Shown here piece after piece: positions 1 through 13,085 of a DNA stretch of 64,000 bases (its first letter is position 1; the number at the start of each line of letters is the position of its first letter). Source of the DNA: Octopus vulgaris (taxonomy: Eukaryota); assembly GCA_951406725.2 (NCBI GenBank), contig OX597822.1, positions 30,442,001-30,506,000 on the forward strand. The letters run 5' to 3'. The notes beneath the pieces are model-generated. The model saw only the letters and a program-made list of their open reading frames with translations, did no database searches and had not been told where the DNA came from. Position numbers and translations under genes: made by a program.

Positions 1-91
1 TATAACTTTTCTATAACGCTCCAGTAGCGGATGAAGTAAGTAAATACCCACTCATCTTCATATTTTTATTTATTATTTTTTAAAAATTATA

Positions 92-226
92 TAGTGGCTG
101 TATGGTAAGTAGCTTGCTTACCAGCCACATGGTTCCGGGTTCAGTCCCATTGTGTGGCACTATAGTCTCGGGCTGACCAAAGCCTTGTGAGTGTATTTGG
201 TAGACGGAAACTGAAAGAAGCCCGTC

Positions 227-268
<42 letters not shown>

Positions 269-493
269 GTGTGTGTGTGTGCATGTTTGTGTGTCTGTGT
301 TCGTCCTCCCAACATCGCTTGACAACCGATGCTGGTGTGTTTACGTCCTCGTAACTTAACGGTTACGATAGAATAAGTACCTGGCTTACAAAGAATAAGT
401 CCTGGGGTCGATTTGCTCGACTATAGGCAGTGCTCCAGCATGGCCACAGTCAAATGACTGAAACAAGTAAAAGAGTAAAATGAGTAAAAGAGT
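92..493 (+). mobile_element. SINE family A (tRNA-like head, internal (TA)n/(TG)n, GTAAAAGA tail)
   Basis: Head TGGCTGTATGGTAAGTAGC...GGTTCAGTCCC, internal microsatellite, 3' end ...TGACTGAAACAAGTAAAAGAG; same layout recurs more than 10 times in the window. Confidence 0.85.
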
Positions 494-1198
494 AACTGTC
501 TTTTAGTAACTACCTTATAAAATATCCTTCTACAAATTTAACTACATTCCGTAATATTACACTTATCTTCTATAAAAATTTTACACGTTATTTACATGAA
601 ACATTGTTATTGTAAAGTTTATAATTTATATACCACCAACTATTCATAATTGCTATTAAACATTTTTAAAAACTGATATCTAAGCCGTATTGATTATTGA
701 CGGTTAAATATAAATATTTAGTACCCAGTATTTAAAATTCCATACTCCCTTATCTGGTTAGTCTTTTTCCATTAAATACAACCCTCCTATTTTTTTTTAC
801 TTCATATATGGGATTTTAAAATCACCTCCTTTATACTTATCTATTGAAAGAATGTAACCCTTATTAATTTTTTATATATAACAGCACCCAACTGAGACCC
901 TTTAGTTTTGTTTTAAATAGACATGACTCCAAGAACAATTACACATTACGAACACCATACCCATGTAATTCTAACGTTTTGTTAGCTTTTTTGTTTTCCT
1001 TAATTTTTGCTACTGACGAATACTTTTTGACAACCCAGATTCTTAAAATGAATTTATTGTCTTTCTGTATGAAACAATCCTATTGCAACGGAATAAAAAT
1101 AATTTCAATCCATATTAACATCTAATCTCCTCCATTTACGAAACATATGATCGACTTTGTTGAACTTTGTTTTAAAAGTTAAGTCATATGCTTAATAT

Positions 1199-3934
1199 AC
1201 GCTGTATTCAGTCAAACCAACAACTTAATAGTAGTTGGGCTCTACAGACCACCCCAAACTTCAAGGAATGCCTCAATAACATAAAGTGTTTCATTCAGCA
1301 GTATCAATCTGACAACATCTTAATGATGGTGGACTTCAATCTCCCTGGAGTTGACTGGTCTACAAACAGTCTGCCGCCAGGTTCTTCTGTCTCAACCCCT
1401 GACAGGGAGGCAGTTGAATTGCTTCATGATTTCATGGATGATTTCTTCCTGTCCCAACTGGTGGTCGAACCAACGAGATGTCACAAAAACGTCCTAGACT
1501 TAATTTTCAGCAATCACACTGACACTATCCACAATATTGCAGTGGAGAAAACTCTACTCTCTGATCATGACATGGTTCTCTGTGATCTGAGATTTCACCG
1601 GCCAAAATGCAAAACAAACGTCATCCCTCTTGTCCATCCATTTGACACTATGGATTTCCACAACGCAAACTGGGAAGCGATCAGTAATGATCTTGCACAA
1701 GCCGATTGGTCCTTCACGCACACATACACACCCACTAACATCAAAAACATCAAAAAGTCCTGGCAGTCATTTGTAGACACCATTACGAACATATGTGCAA
1801 AACACACCCCATTAAGATCTGCAAACAAATCTAAGTGCAGAATCCCTAGAAATAGAAAAGCTCTCATCAGGAAAATTAAAAGAATTAACAAAAAAATCAA
1901 CAAGCTGAAATACTGTCAACAGCAACATACCAACCTGATTGCCATCACGTCACTAGAGATTAAAAACATAACCTCCAAAACAACATGGTGTTTATCATCA
2001 ATAGTCAGAGAAGAGCTGAAGAGGCCTGGGTCATTGAGAAGATCAAACTTAATCCCAAAGTATTCTTCTCATTTGCAAAAAAACACAAAGTTACTGGCTC
2101 TACTGTTGGCCCTCTGATTGATGAAAATGGTACTCTTCAAGACAATGCCAACCATGGGAGAGATGTTGCAGAAACAATACTGCTCTGTTTTCAGCAATCC
2201 TGATATGGCTGATCTGCGCTGTATCACTGATGTTACTCCCCGATACAATTTATCGGACATAACCTTTGGCGCTACTGATGTCTTAGCACCAATAAAGGAA
2301 ATGAAGCATAATTCAGCAGTAGGGCCCGATAGGTTCTCTGCTTGGGTCTTGAAGATGTGTCAACACCAACTTGCACCCCCTCTAGCCAATCTGTGGCGGA
2401 ACTCACTGGATGCTGGATATATACCAGAAAACCTTCTATCCCAGTCTGTTGTCCCAGTTTTCAAAAAAGGAAACAAATCCCTTGCCGTGAATGACCGTCC
2501 AGTCTCACTCACCTCTCATATCATTATGGTATTTGAGAGAGTGGTGAGATCGCGTATGACTCACTTCCTTGAGAGTCATAATATGCTGAACTCCAGCCAG
2601 CATGGATTCCGTAATGGAAGGGATTGCCTGACGCAGCTACTGCATCACTTCGATGACATTTTGAGAGCCTTGGGAGAGGGTTCCAACACTGATGTTATCT
2701 ACCTTGATTTCAGCAAGGCCTTTGACAGGGTTGATCATAAGATCCTTTTGAGAAAGCTGTCCAATATTGGTGTCACTGGAAAGCTGCTGCAGTGAATCAA
2801 GTGCTTCCTGTCTAACAGAACCAAACATGTTGTAGTCGAAGGAGTCAAATCCAGCCCAGCCAAAGTCAGTAGTGGTGTCCCACAAGGCACTGTGTTGGGC
2901 CCACTTCTCTTCATCATCTACATTAATGACATCACTGACATCATCAAATACAGTAACATCAGAATCTTCTCTGATGATTCCAAGCTACAGAAGGTCATCA
3001 ATGGCGTGGATGACCGGTTATACCTTTAGTCAGACCTACTGGCTGTTGTCCAATGGGCGGAAAAGAACAACATGTTGCTAAACGAAGACAAATTCGAACT
3101 GATCCACTTTGGAAGGGAGGACGCTCTGAAACTCCCATACACCTTTCCTTCTGGTGAAACTATCATGGCGTCTAACAACATCAGAGACTTGGGAGTAACT
3201 GTGGACAACAACATAAGCTGGGCTACACATATAAGCAGCAAAGTTGACATGGCCCGCAGAATGTGCTCCTGGATTCTCAGAACCTTCCAGTCGAGAGATT
3301 CCCACACCATTCTCCTTCTCTTCTCCACTTTTGCCCGACCTCACCTTGAATACTGCTGTCCACTGTGGTCTCCCTACACAAAACGGAATATTATGAAAGT
3401 TGAAGCTCCCCAATGGTCAATCACGAAAAAGATAGATGGCATGTCAGACCTTGACTACTGGGGTCGACTGGAAAAGCTGAAACTGTATTCACTCCAACGA
3501 CGCCGTGAACGCTACATTATCTGTATGATGTGGAAAATATTCCATCAGCACTGTCCAAATGATGTTAGTATCACCTTCAAAATACATCCAAGACTTGGAC
3601 CCCGTGCCATCCATCCACAACAAAAATCTAAATCGCATCTCATAACAACAATACGGCACAATTATTTCACCTCAATTGGACCCGCTCTTTTCAACATTAC
3701 ACCAGGACACGTCAAAACAGAAACTGACCACACAAAATTCAAGAAGCCTTTGGACAAATTCCTTCAAACAGTCCCGGACAAACCACCTACACCCGGATAT
3801 GTCTCCGCAAATAATAACTCTCTGCTCGAATGGGCCTTGGTGCCCAAATCCTGAATTGAAAGGCTTCGCCAGGTGGTGCTATTAAGTTAGACATGGCCTG
3901 GGCCAATACTGGCCAAAACCTTTCTAAGTTATTC

Positions 3935-3937
<3 letters not shown>
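1199..3937 (+). mobile_element. CR1-group LINE, 5'-truncated, decayed APE endonuclease + reverse transcriptase
   Basis: Motifs VDFNLP, VLDLIFS, LSDHDMV (APE); YLDFSKAFDRVDH, SGVPQGTVLGP, FSDD, RPHLEYCCPLWSP, YSLQRRRER (RT and C-terminus); frameshifts and stops; ends TCTAAGTTATTCTAA then (TA)n. Confidence 0.93.
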
Positions 3938-3994
<57 letters not shown>

Positions 3995-3997
<3 letters not shown>

Positions 3998-4188
3998 GCC
4001 ATGATAGATCGTTAGCCACTACACCCATTTTTTTCTCTCCTTTCTCTCCTTGTTTTTTTCTATGTACCTTTCTGTAGAAGAGCGTAGGCTCGAAACGTAA
4101 AAGACTTTTTCTATTCCTGAGCGTTATACTAATAAATCTGTTTTGTACACCACCTGTCTTCGTCTTTTGTTTTTTTTTCGTAAACTCT

Positions 4189-4190
<2 letters not shown>
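3995..4190 (+). mobile_element. Penelope-like terminal fragment with hammerhead-like motif
   Basis: CTGTAGAAGAGCGTAGGCTCGAAACGTA followed by AATAAA; related copies near 29520-29720 (+) and 50810-50970 (-). Confidence 0.55.
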
Positions 4191-4250
<60 letters not shown>

Positions 4251-4341
4251 GTATGTATATATTTATATGTATATATGTATATGCATATATATATATATGT
4301 ATATATATGTATATATATATGTGTATATGTATATATGTATA

Positions 4342-4402
<61 letters not shown>

Positions 4403-4426
4403 ATATATATGTATATATGTATATGC

Positions 4427-4512
<86 letters not shown>

Positions 4513-4535
4513 TTGTGTGTGTGTACATATATACA
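4191..4535. repeat. compound (TA)n/(TG)n/(CA)n microsatellite
   Basis: Read directly from sequence. Confidence 0.97.
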
Positions 4536-4608
4536 CCAAAAATGTCAGATAATGTGAATTACACTTATAGATAGAAAATGTTTATGTATTGTGCTTCTTT
4601 TCTTGCAG

Positions 4609-4962
4609 CGGCATGCGCAGACGGAAGCTGTAAACATCTTTGCCTACCGAAAGGAGAAAAATCTTATACCTGTCGGTGTGGACTTGGCTACCAGATTGGC
4701 GAAAATAAGAAAATCTGTGCTACAGATTTAGCTACAGACAACTTCCTTTTAGTCACCGATAGCTACCGGAAGCAAATTTTTCAAATTAGTATGATTACCG
4801 GCAAAGTACAAGCTTTAGATGTACGAGATCATTTCCGTCCTCTTGCCGTTGATTATGATCCAGTTCGACGGATAATTTATTGGACTGATGTCGCTCATAA
4901 ATCAATCAAAAAGGCCGAGATCAACGGTGTACACGAGACATTGGTGAAACAATTAACGGACG
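4609..4962 (+). CDS. LDLR/LRP-family receptor exon a (EGF domain + start of YWTD beta-propeller)
   Basis: Acceptor ttcttgcag at 4608, donor gtaagc at 4963, phase 1-1; CADGSCKHLCLPK...CRCGLGY...C and PLAVDYDP...IYWTD. Confidence 0.93.
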
Positions 4963-5196
4963 GTAAGCAGTAAAAAATAATTTTCTTTTATTCAGCGTGG
5001 TTATGTCAGTGTTTTTTCCCCATCTTTTTATAAAGTTTACATCTACATATTTCCTGGGTAGAAAGAGATGGTCATATAAAACGTTTCTGAGTTGAAACAT
5101 TGTAACTTAAATGTTTACGGCATGAATAAACCGTCCGAGCAGAAAGCTCAAATTCTCAGAAATCATAGTAGTTTAAACGTAAGAGAAACATTGACC

Positions 5197-5396
5197 ATCA
5201 AACAGTCACCATGACCTTCTTTTGGTGCAACTTTGGCTTCGGGAAGTGCCGTAGAACTTCGTCAGTGACCAGCGACTGAGCTGAGCGTTGCTGGTTGTCG
5301 TAAAGAATCTACTTTTCATCGCAACTCACAACACGTTGGAGAAACGGGTCGTTCTTGTTGCGTAAAAGAAGGGAAGACGACACTTCAAAACGGCGT
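5197..5396 (-). mobile_element. mariner (cecropia/Hsmar1-like) transposase fragment
   Basis: Minus strand reads RRFEVSSSLLLRNKNDPFLQRVVSCDEK*ILYDN...HFPKPKLHQKKVMVTV*W. Confidence 0.85.
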
Positions 5397-6529
5397 TTTT
5401 TGTTTTTATTTGTCTTTTAATAGACGTAGATGGGGAAGGAGTTTAACTGGACAGCTGAATTATGTGGACCTGTTTTTAAGACGAAAATTAATTATTCTGT
5501 CTTGGTTAATACTTTCATATATGTGGTCTTAAATATGCTTGTGTGAATATTAGTCAGCATGTACACAGCGTTTATAAACTCTATGTAGAAGCAAAAATAG
5601 TGGTATCATATTTATTAGTAATAGCAGAAAGGTATTTTCCAAGTCGATGTATGAAGGTTTAATTTTGTGTTCGTGGTTAAACAGTTCCCGAATGATTCAT
5701 CACCTCAAACTGTAAGCAAGTAACATAGAACAAGACTAAATATGTCCTGTTAGTATCGGCAGCACTGTTAGATTATCAGATAGTGTTTTAAATACATCTG
5801 TAACAGAGCTGCTTTTTTCACACCAGATGTCTATTATGAGTCTAATTACGGGATACAGGTGATGGCTATTGCAGAAGAGCTGATTCCATGTTGAAAGGAT
5901 TACGCACAATTACTCCGTACAAGGTGGATGTCTCTTGAAATTATGTAGTGCACCATAATAAACATAAGATGACATGTTAAAATATATCTTCTTTCATGAC
6001 ATGTTAAAATTTATATTCTTTGATTATAAGGAATTTAAATCATTTGATATATAGTGTTTTAAGTCTTGGTACCTATGTAAGAAATAAAAAAAATGATTGT
6101 GTTACAACAGGCTGGTCGATTCTTGTTTCAAAGTTACATCACATTACATATGATTAAGAAAGAGATGAACGTCTAATATCTTGTTTAATTCTTTAAAATA
6201 TATGGATTTGTCAAATGAAAATAAAGTATTATGAATTACAATAATCACTTTTATACCTCTTTCATTCAATGTCCATGTCCTAATGTCCTACAGTGCACAT
6301 GTTTACGTTTTACAACCAGAGACAAAACTGGATGTCAGAATTATACTGCAGTAGATTCGATATTCTTGCGATGGTGAATGTTTATCGCCCGACTTGTCAA
6401 TATTATAATTTCTTTAAGAAACCTGTTGCTGAAATATCACTTATATGTATACAAGCGATTTAGGTCTTAGTAAACACTTATAGGTTAAGGTATTATGACA
6501 TAATATTATAAAGAAATAAGGTTTTCTGG

Positions 6530-6865
6530 AAGGTGCAGTGTGGCCGAATGATGCAGAAGTTTGCTTTGCAACCTCAGGTTTTGGGGTTCGATTCCACAAC
6601 GTGGTAACTTGGGCAAAATGATTTTCTACAGCTTTGGGTTGAGGCATATTTTATGAATTTATCTGGGCACATAGAAACAATAGAATCATGTCGGGTGGAT
6701 TAAACCTGTGATTCAAAAGTTACACACTGAGTCACGCTGATTCTGCCTGTAAATTACAGTAAGGGTACACGTGTCTGTGGAGTGCTCAGCAAATTACACT
6801 TTAATTCAGAAGCAGCTTATTCAGTTGGTCGAACCACCTGGTCCTCGTCGTCGAACGACGGAAAT
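6530..6865 (+). mobile_element. degenerate SINE (tRNA-like head + tail module shared with family B)
   Basis: GTCACGCTGA...AAGGGTACACGTGTCTGTGGAGTGCTCAGC module also seen near 14725, 21280 and 56330. Confidence 0.65.
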
Positions 6866-7074
6866 CCACAATTCTTTTTGATCGTGTTGTCAACTAAAAT
6901 CTCGCAGTGCGTGATTGCTGACATGCATGTAATATGTTCTCTATCGCAGCCATTGACTATAGCCACGCATTACTTTTTCCCCTAACTGAATTTGACTTTG
7001 TTGCCATTTGAAAGAAATCCTTATATTTATGAACTTATTGCATCTACGAGTGTATGATTCCGTCTTTATTACAG

Positions 7075-7246
7075 ATTCCATTGCTGATGGATTAGCAATC
7101 GATTATGTGAACCAATTATTGTTTTATAGCGATGCTGGCATCAGGATAATCGGAGTAATGACCCTAAGTGCATATCCTTTCCATAAGACGTTGATCAACA
7201 GTGGTCTGGAGAAAGTTCGATCTGTAATTGCTAGCCCCATTGAGAA
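7075..7246 (+). CDS. LDLR/LRP-family receptor exon b (YWTD repeats)
   Basis: Acceptor ttattacag, donor gtaagt, phase 1-2; DSIADGLAIDYVNQLLFYSDAG...LINSGLEKVRSVIASP. Confidence 0.92.
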
Positions 7247-7722
7247 GTAAGTACTCCTCACATATTGTAAGGAATGATGAATTGAATAAGTTGAAACCGG
7301 TACGGAAATATCGTTGTACGCACACATCTTTCCATCTCTTTCTGTCTCTATACCACAGACCTCTCTCTCACACACATCAAATTATACATACAATAAAGAA
7401 CAGCTTCATTTAAATAACTTTCAGGAAAGTATGAGTTGTCGTATAAGCTCTCAACTCAGTGTGCACGGCTTTAAGTGAGCAAAAATTACTGTATGGAAAT
7501 GAGAGTGACTATGTCCATTTCTCATTTATTAATTGGTATTACGTTCTGCACTGACTTGATGGTTTGCTGTAAATTATAAGAATATTCAGATTTAACGACT
7601 GGTTATAAACATTGCTATTCTACTACAATATACATACGTGTGTATATACATACATACATATATACATACATAAATGAATACATGAATACATACATACATA
7701 TATATATACATACATACATACA

Positions 7723-7754
<32 letters not shown>

Positions 7755-7757
7755 CAT

Positions 7758-7788
<31 letters not shown>

Positions 7789-7899
7789 CAGACAGACAGA
7801 CAGATAAACAGTCAGACAGACAGACATACACCCATGCTATATATATACGTATGTAGTGTATCTATATATATGTGTGCGTTTATATGTATTTATATATAA

Positions 7900-7940
<41 letters not shown>

Positions 7941-8080
7941 CAAAAACACATGCACACGCACATACATGCACATGCGCTTTCAGGTGTATCCACAAACGCA
8001 CACACACACTTACACATTTTTTGTATTATTTATTCACCATTACGCATGTTTCATTTGCTAATAGGAATGACAGAATTGTA

Positions 8081-8623
8081 TTGGGTTGTCTAGAAAGTTC
8101 GTGCCGATTTTTAAAGGAAAGAAAACGGTCAATAAATACTTGCCATTACATTTATAATCAACCAAATACGAACAATTTTGTTGCACAATGCATCTCCATC
8201 TTTCCTTTAACATGAAAATACCATCTTCCCAGAATTGAGGGGGTTTCATGGCAAATAATTCATGAAGGTATCTTTTTACGTCATCCAAGGAATTGAAATT
8301 TTTACCATTAAAACTATTCTGCAGAGACCTGAATAAGTGGAAATCCGAAGCAGCAATATCTGGTGAATATGGAAGGTGGGGTAACACATCCCAGGCGTCC
8401 CAAAGCATCAAGTGCCGAAAATGAACTTTTGTATCTTCCATTTTAAAGGGTTACAGAATTAACACAGGTTATAGGAACATAAACCTTCTTCCATGAAAAG
8501 ATAGCTTAAACTGTGCCCTAAATAGAGGTGTAGTCAAATCCTATTTTATGAACTCAACCATGTTCTAAAATAAGTCGTAAGGTAAGCTACTATAAATCGG
8601 CACGAACTTTCCGGACAACCTAA
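8081..8623 (-). mobile_element. internally deleted mariner element with TIRs and TA target duplication
   Basis: TIRs TTGGGTTGTCTAGAAAGTTCGTGCCGATTT and AAATCGGCACGAACTTTCCGGACAACCTAA, TA on both flanks; C-terminal HLPYSPDIAASDFHLFRSL. Confidence 0.92.
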
Positions 8624-8743
8624 TACATGTTGGATACTCTTTTAAGAAATATCATATTAGAAATTCTTCAGACAGAGAATCAAATAATGTAAAATTTATA
8701 TTTGAGTGAGGAGTTCAGCATTTATCTTGTTTCTCTATTTCAG

Positions 8744-8874
8744 GAGAATATATTGGTCAGACTGGGGATCAGATCCTAAAATTGAACGCTGTGGAATGGA
8801 TGGTTCAGAGCGACAAGTCATTGCCAAATTCAAAGAAGGAGCTTGGCCAAATGGTTTAGCTCTTGATGTAAGAG
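8744..8874 (+). CDS. LDLR/LRP-family receptor exon c (YWTD repeats)
   Basis: Acceptor ctatttcag, donor gtaaat, phase 2-1; [23 protein letters not shown]...WPNGLALD. Confidence 0.95.
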
Positions 8875-8957
8875 GTAAATATTTCATGTACTAACAATAC
8901 TTTAATTCCTGCCAATAGCTGAATTGTGACCATGATTAGGCACTGCCTTCATATAAT

Positions 8958-8962
8958 CAATT

Positions 8963-9022
<60 letters not shown>
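8958..9022. repeat. (AATC)n microsatellite
   Basis: Read directly from sequence. Confidence 0.97.
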
Positions 9023-9023
<1 letters not shown>

Positions 9024-9639
9024 CTGTTCTCATTGTCCTGTTCTCGTTACCACTTTCACCCTCCGCAAAAATTCCAAATTTTATATAATTTGCTTTGCGG
9101 AAGGACTGTTTCAACGAAGTTGCGTCTTGTCCTTGCCTTCGTAGCGTGAAGTAGATGAAACAGGGACAACTGAAGAAGGGGACTATTCTATATGTTGTAT
9201 GTCTCGTTTCTCATTGTGTTCAACGTTTTTTTTTTCACAAAGAGAGAAACAAGGAGAGAAAAAAATGCGTGTAATATATATATATATGTATATATATATA
9301 TATTCTTACCCAGTCTGTCTCATAATGAACAAACTAGCTAATGTACTCCAGTGTTCTTTTTATCATCACAACGAAACCTTCACACTAAATTATATACACA
9401 TGTATGTATGTATGTATGTATGTATGTATGTATGTATGTATGTATGTATGTATGTATGTATGTATGTATGTATGGCTGCATGCATGCATGTATGTATGTC
9501 ATTATTCAATTTATTTCAAGGTAGAGAAAGAGCCGGTTTATAACCTATATCGAAGGCTCCAATCAATACATCAGAAAGCTACTATCATATTTCTACATTC
9601 GTGGTTAAATAAGCATCAGAGTAACTCGTTTGAATCATC

Positions 9640-9860
9640 AAGGTAGTCAGTTGGCAGAATTGTTAGTACGCCGGGCAAGATGCTTAACAGTATTTCGTCC
9701 GTCTTCACGTTCTGTCCTCGAATTTCGCCGAGGTCGACTTTGCCTTTTATCCTTTCGGGGTCAGTAAATTAAGTACCAGTGAAAGAATGAGGGCGATGTA
9801 ATCGACAAGTCCTCTTTCTCCAAATTTCCGGCCTTGTGCCTTTAGTAGGAAGGATTATTA
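9640..9860 (+). mobile_element. SINE family D (Meta-domain-like)
   Basis: GCCGAGGTCGACTTTGCCTTTTATCCTTTCGGGGTCAGTAAATTAAGTACCAG core; more than 10 copies in the window. Confidence 0.8.
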
Positions 9861-10619
9861 TTATTTTTTGCAAGCTTCATGGAAAAAAGAAAATTGAAGC
9901 ACTCCGTGTGCTAGAAATAGGAAAATTTGGAAAAGGAAGAAAGGGACACTGACTGAATAAATGAATGAATGAATGAATGAGAAAAGAAAATATTCTCTAA
10001 ACTCTCAAAACTCTTCTAACTATGCGCAAACACAAACCATTGTAAATTCTGTGTAATTCTGATTTAATGCGTCAGCTAATATAATATTACTACACTGTAT
10101 AACAATAAAAAAATAAATTACGTTCACAACCATAAATCATACGTTGAGGAGAAAAATAAAATGTTTATAAAAGAATTCAGATCTGAAGACTAAGGGAAGT
10201 GACTCTAAGTGTCAAACATGTAGAGTTATGTCCCCTAAAATGCTGAAATATTTAACAACTTGCATAGCCTGCCTTTCGATACTTGTTATTTAAGGTCTTC
10301 GTTGTAATGCTTATTGTAGCTGTTTTGTATTGGTTCAAATAATATCGAACAGATTTAGAAGTAAAGCTGCTCCAATTGTGAACATCCATTTTCTCCCGAT
10401 AAAGTGTAAGCATAACTATGTGTTTAAGAATTTGGTTTTGCAACCACGTGGCTTCGTGTTCATTTTCACTGCATGCCACCTTAGACAAGTATCTTCTACT
10501 AAAGTTCCGGATTAACCAATGCTTCGTGAGTGAATTTATTAGACGGAAACCATTTGGAATGCAATTCATGGTGTTTGATTATATTGTGAGCTTTCTCTTG
10601 TACATCAAATTTTGTGAAC

Positions 10620-11722
10620 CCATAGATAGATAAAAAAAAATTCGTGTTGTTTATGAATATGAGTTTCGTCGTGGAACCAATGCATCCCAAACAGCTCAGA
10701 TCATCAATGAGGTGCTTGGTGAAGATTTGGCGAATGAGCGTACTCCACATCGATGGTTTGAGAAGTTCCGGTCTGGTGACTTTACTCTTGAAAATCAGTC
10801 CTGTGGTAGATCTAAAACAATGGGGAATAATGATGAGCTGGAAACTGTAGTGGAAGCAGATACATCTCAAACTACGCGTGAGTTAGCAGCAAGGTTTGAT
10901 GTTTCGATTCTAACTGTATTGGAAAATCTGAAAGAAATCTGAAAGGTAAAGAAGCTGGACAAGTGGGTACCACACGAACTGGACGAGCATCAGCTGACAT
11001 GTCGTCTTGAAACTTGCTATTCTTTGCTGTTATGGCATAAAAGCGAACCATTTTTGCATTGTATTGTTAAGTGGATGAAAAATAGATTCTTTTCAACAAT
11101 AGCAAGCGTTCTGCTTGGTGGTACCAAAGTACCAAAAGTACGAAGTACCAAAACACAATCCAAATAAAATATTCATAAAAAATGATGATGGTATCTGTTT
11201 GGTGGTCTACCGCTGGTGTCATCTACTACATCTTCATGAAACCTGTTAAGTCAATTACTGCGGATGTATACATCAACCAATTCGATGAAATGATGAGTAA
11301 ACTTGTAATTAAACAACTGGGATTGGTCAATAGAGACAGGCCAATTCTCTTGTGAGACAATGCTTGACCACATATTGCGAAAAGAACGCTACTCAAGTTA
11401 CTGGAACTGAACTTGGAAGTACTCTGTCATACACCATATTCACCAGTCCTTGCACCAACTGACTGTCACATTTTCTAGGCATTAGACAACTTTTTGCAAG
11501 GAAAAATCTTCAAATTCTTCAAATCTGAAGATGGAAAAACAACCTTTCGTAATTTCATCATCATATGCTCTCCAGAATTCTTCGCTGCCAGCATAAATAA
11601 GATAAAGAGAAAATGGCAAAATTGTGTTGATAATTTAGGCGCATACTTTGATTAACTGCATTGCTTTTTGTAAAATAGACTTTCAGTTCAAAATCGGACA
11701 TTTCGTTCTTGATGACCTGATA
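10620..11722 (+). mobile_element. decayed near-full-length mariner transposase with 3' TIR
   Basis: YEYEFRRGTNASQTA, RWFEKFRSGDF, KWVPHEL, PYSPVLAPTD motifs; 3' TIR-like AAAATCGGACATTTCGTTCTTGATGACCTGA then TA; 5' TIR not located. Confidence 0.88.
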
Positions 11723-11726
11723 TATA

Positions 11727-11858
<132 letters not shown>

Positions 11859-13085
11859 TTTGGTTTCTCTCATTCCACCACTTTACAGTGTTTGCTTTGA
11901 TTACGTTCCCGTAACTTAGCGATTCGACACTAGAGTCCCGATAGATTAAACACCAGGCTCTCAAGGTGACGCCCTAGTATAGCAGCAGCCTTGTAGTAAG
12001 TTAAAAAGGCAAAATAAAAGGTTGCATTATTCAATATTGTTTCTCGTTATCAGACATTTGCGAAAGTTGGCTGATATATCAAACAATACAATCTTTCTTT
12101 TTCATTGACAATGCGATCATAGCGTTATTACGAGTAAAAAATAATTTGATCAAGTAAGTGGAAGCGATTACAGCTTGTGCTGCAATATTCCCATTCAGTA
12201 TCTGCGATTATTAAAATGAATATCATTAAAATAATGGCAACAACCTATACAACTTGATACTTAAAACACAAAAAAACAATTTTAAAAATTGATTCATTGT
12301 GGGGAAAAGAGTAAAGTTGAATTGTTTTCGGGACAGACGTCCTTTCTTCCTTTGAACATCAGCCGTTTAGGTTTTCCCATCTCAGTGCATAACTTTTTCC
12401 TGACGTTTTAGCTGAAAGCCATCAATCTCACCAGTCACAGATGGACAGCAACTTCCCTTTCTCATGACGAAACAATTTTTAGAAAACATTTTTAACTGCA
12501 CTGCATTTCGATAAGCATGATCTCCGAACGTCATCAGGTGTCGTATTCGTTGATATATTCATAAATCCAGATTGGGTTCTAGATTCGATCACCCTGCGTG
12601 GCCTCTTAGGCGTGTCTTTTAACATAGTCTGTTCAATCCAACCCCTGTTATTGAAATTAGGTAAGCAGAATATATTTAACAGCCCATCCAGTGAATTCTA
12701 TTGGTGAATGTTGCGTTAGGGATACACGCATGTGTAGGTTATTCATCCCTTAGATAATAGGTCAAGGAGTTCGCAGTTCTTGTGACCGAAGTGAATACAT
12801 GTCGAAACAAACGTTGACGTTTTACTTCTCTGTTTATTGTCCTGACTGTGTATTTTCAAATAGACTTTCTACGTCAGATTGCTTAACATCACTATTTGGC
12901 TCTTAGCTGTCTATGTTGTTGTAAGCATTTGGTCTCAGACTATGGTCTGATGATATAATACATCCTTCTTTTCATTTGTCTTATATACTCTAAAAATAAA
13001 AAAACGGACTATTGATGATGACCTTTCTTCTCTAGACCACTAACAATTCTTTGAGCCTCTGTGTGTGTGTGTATATATATATATT

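Noticed and set aside
12330-12540. Possible mariner N-terminal remnant on the minus strand
   Set aside because: Too degraded to support any motif
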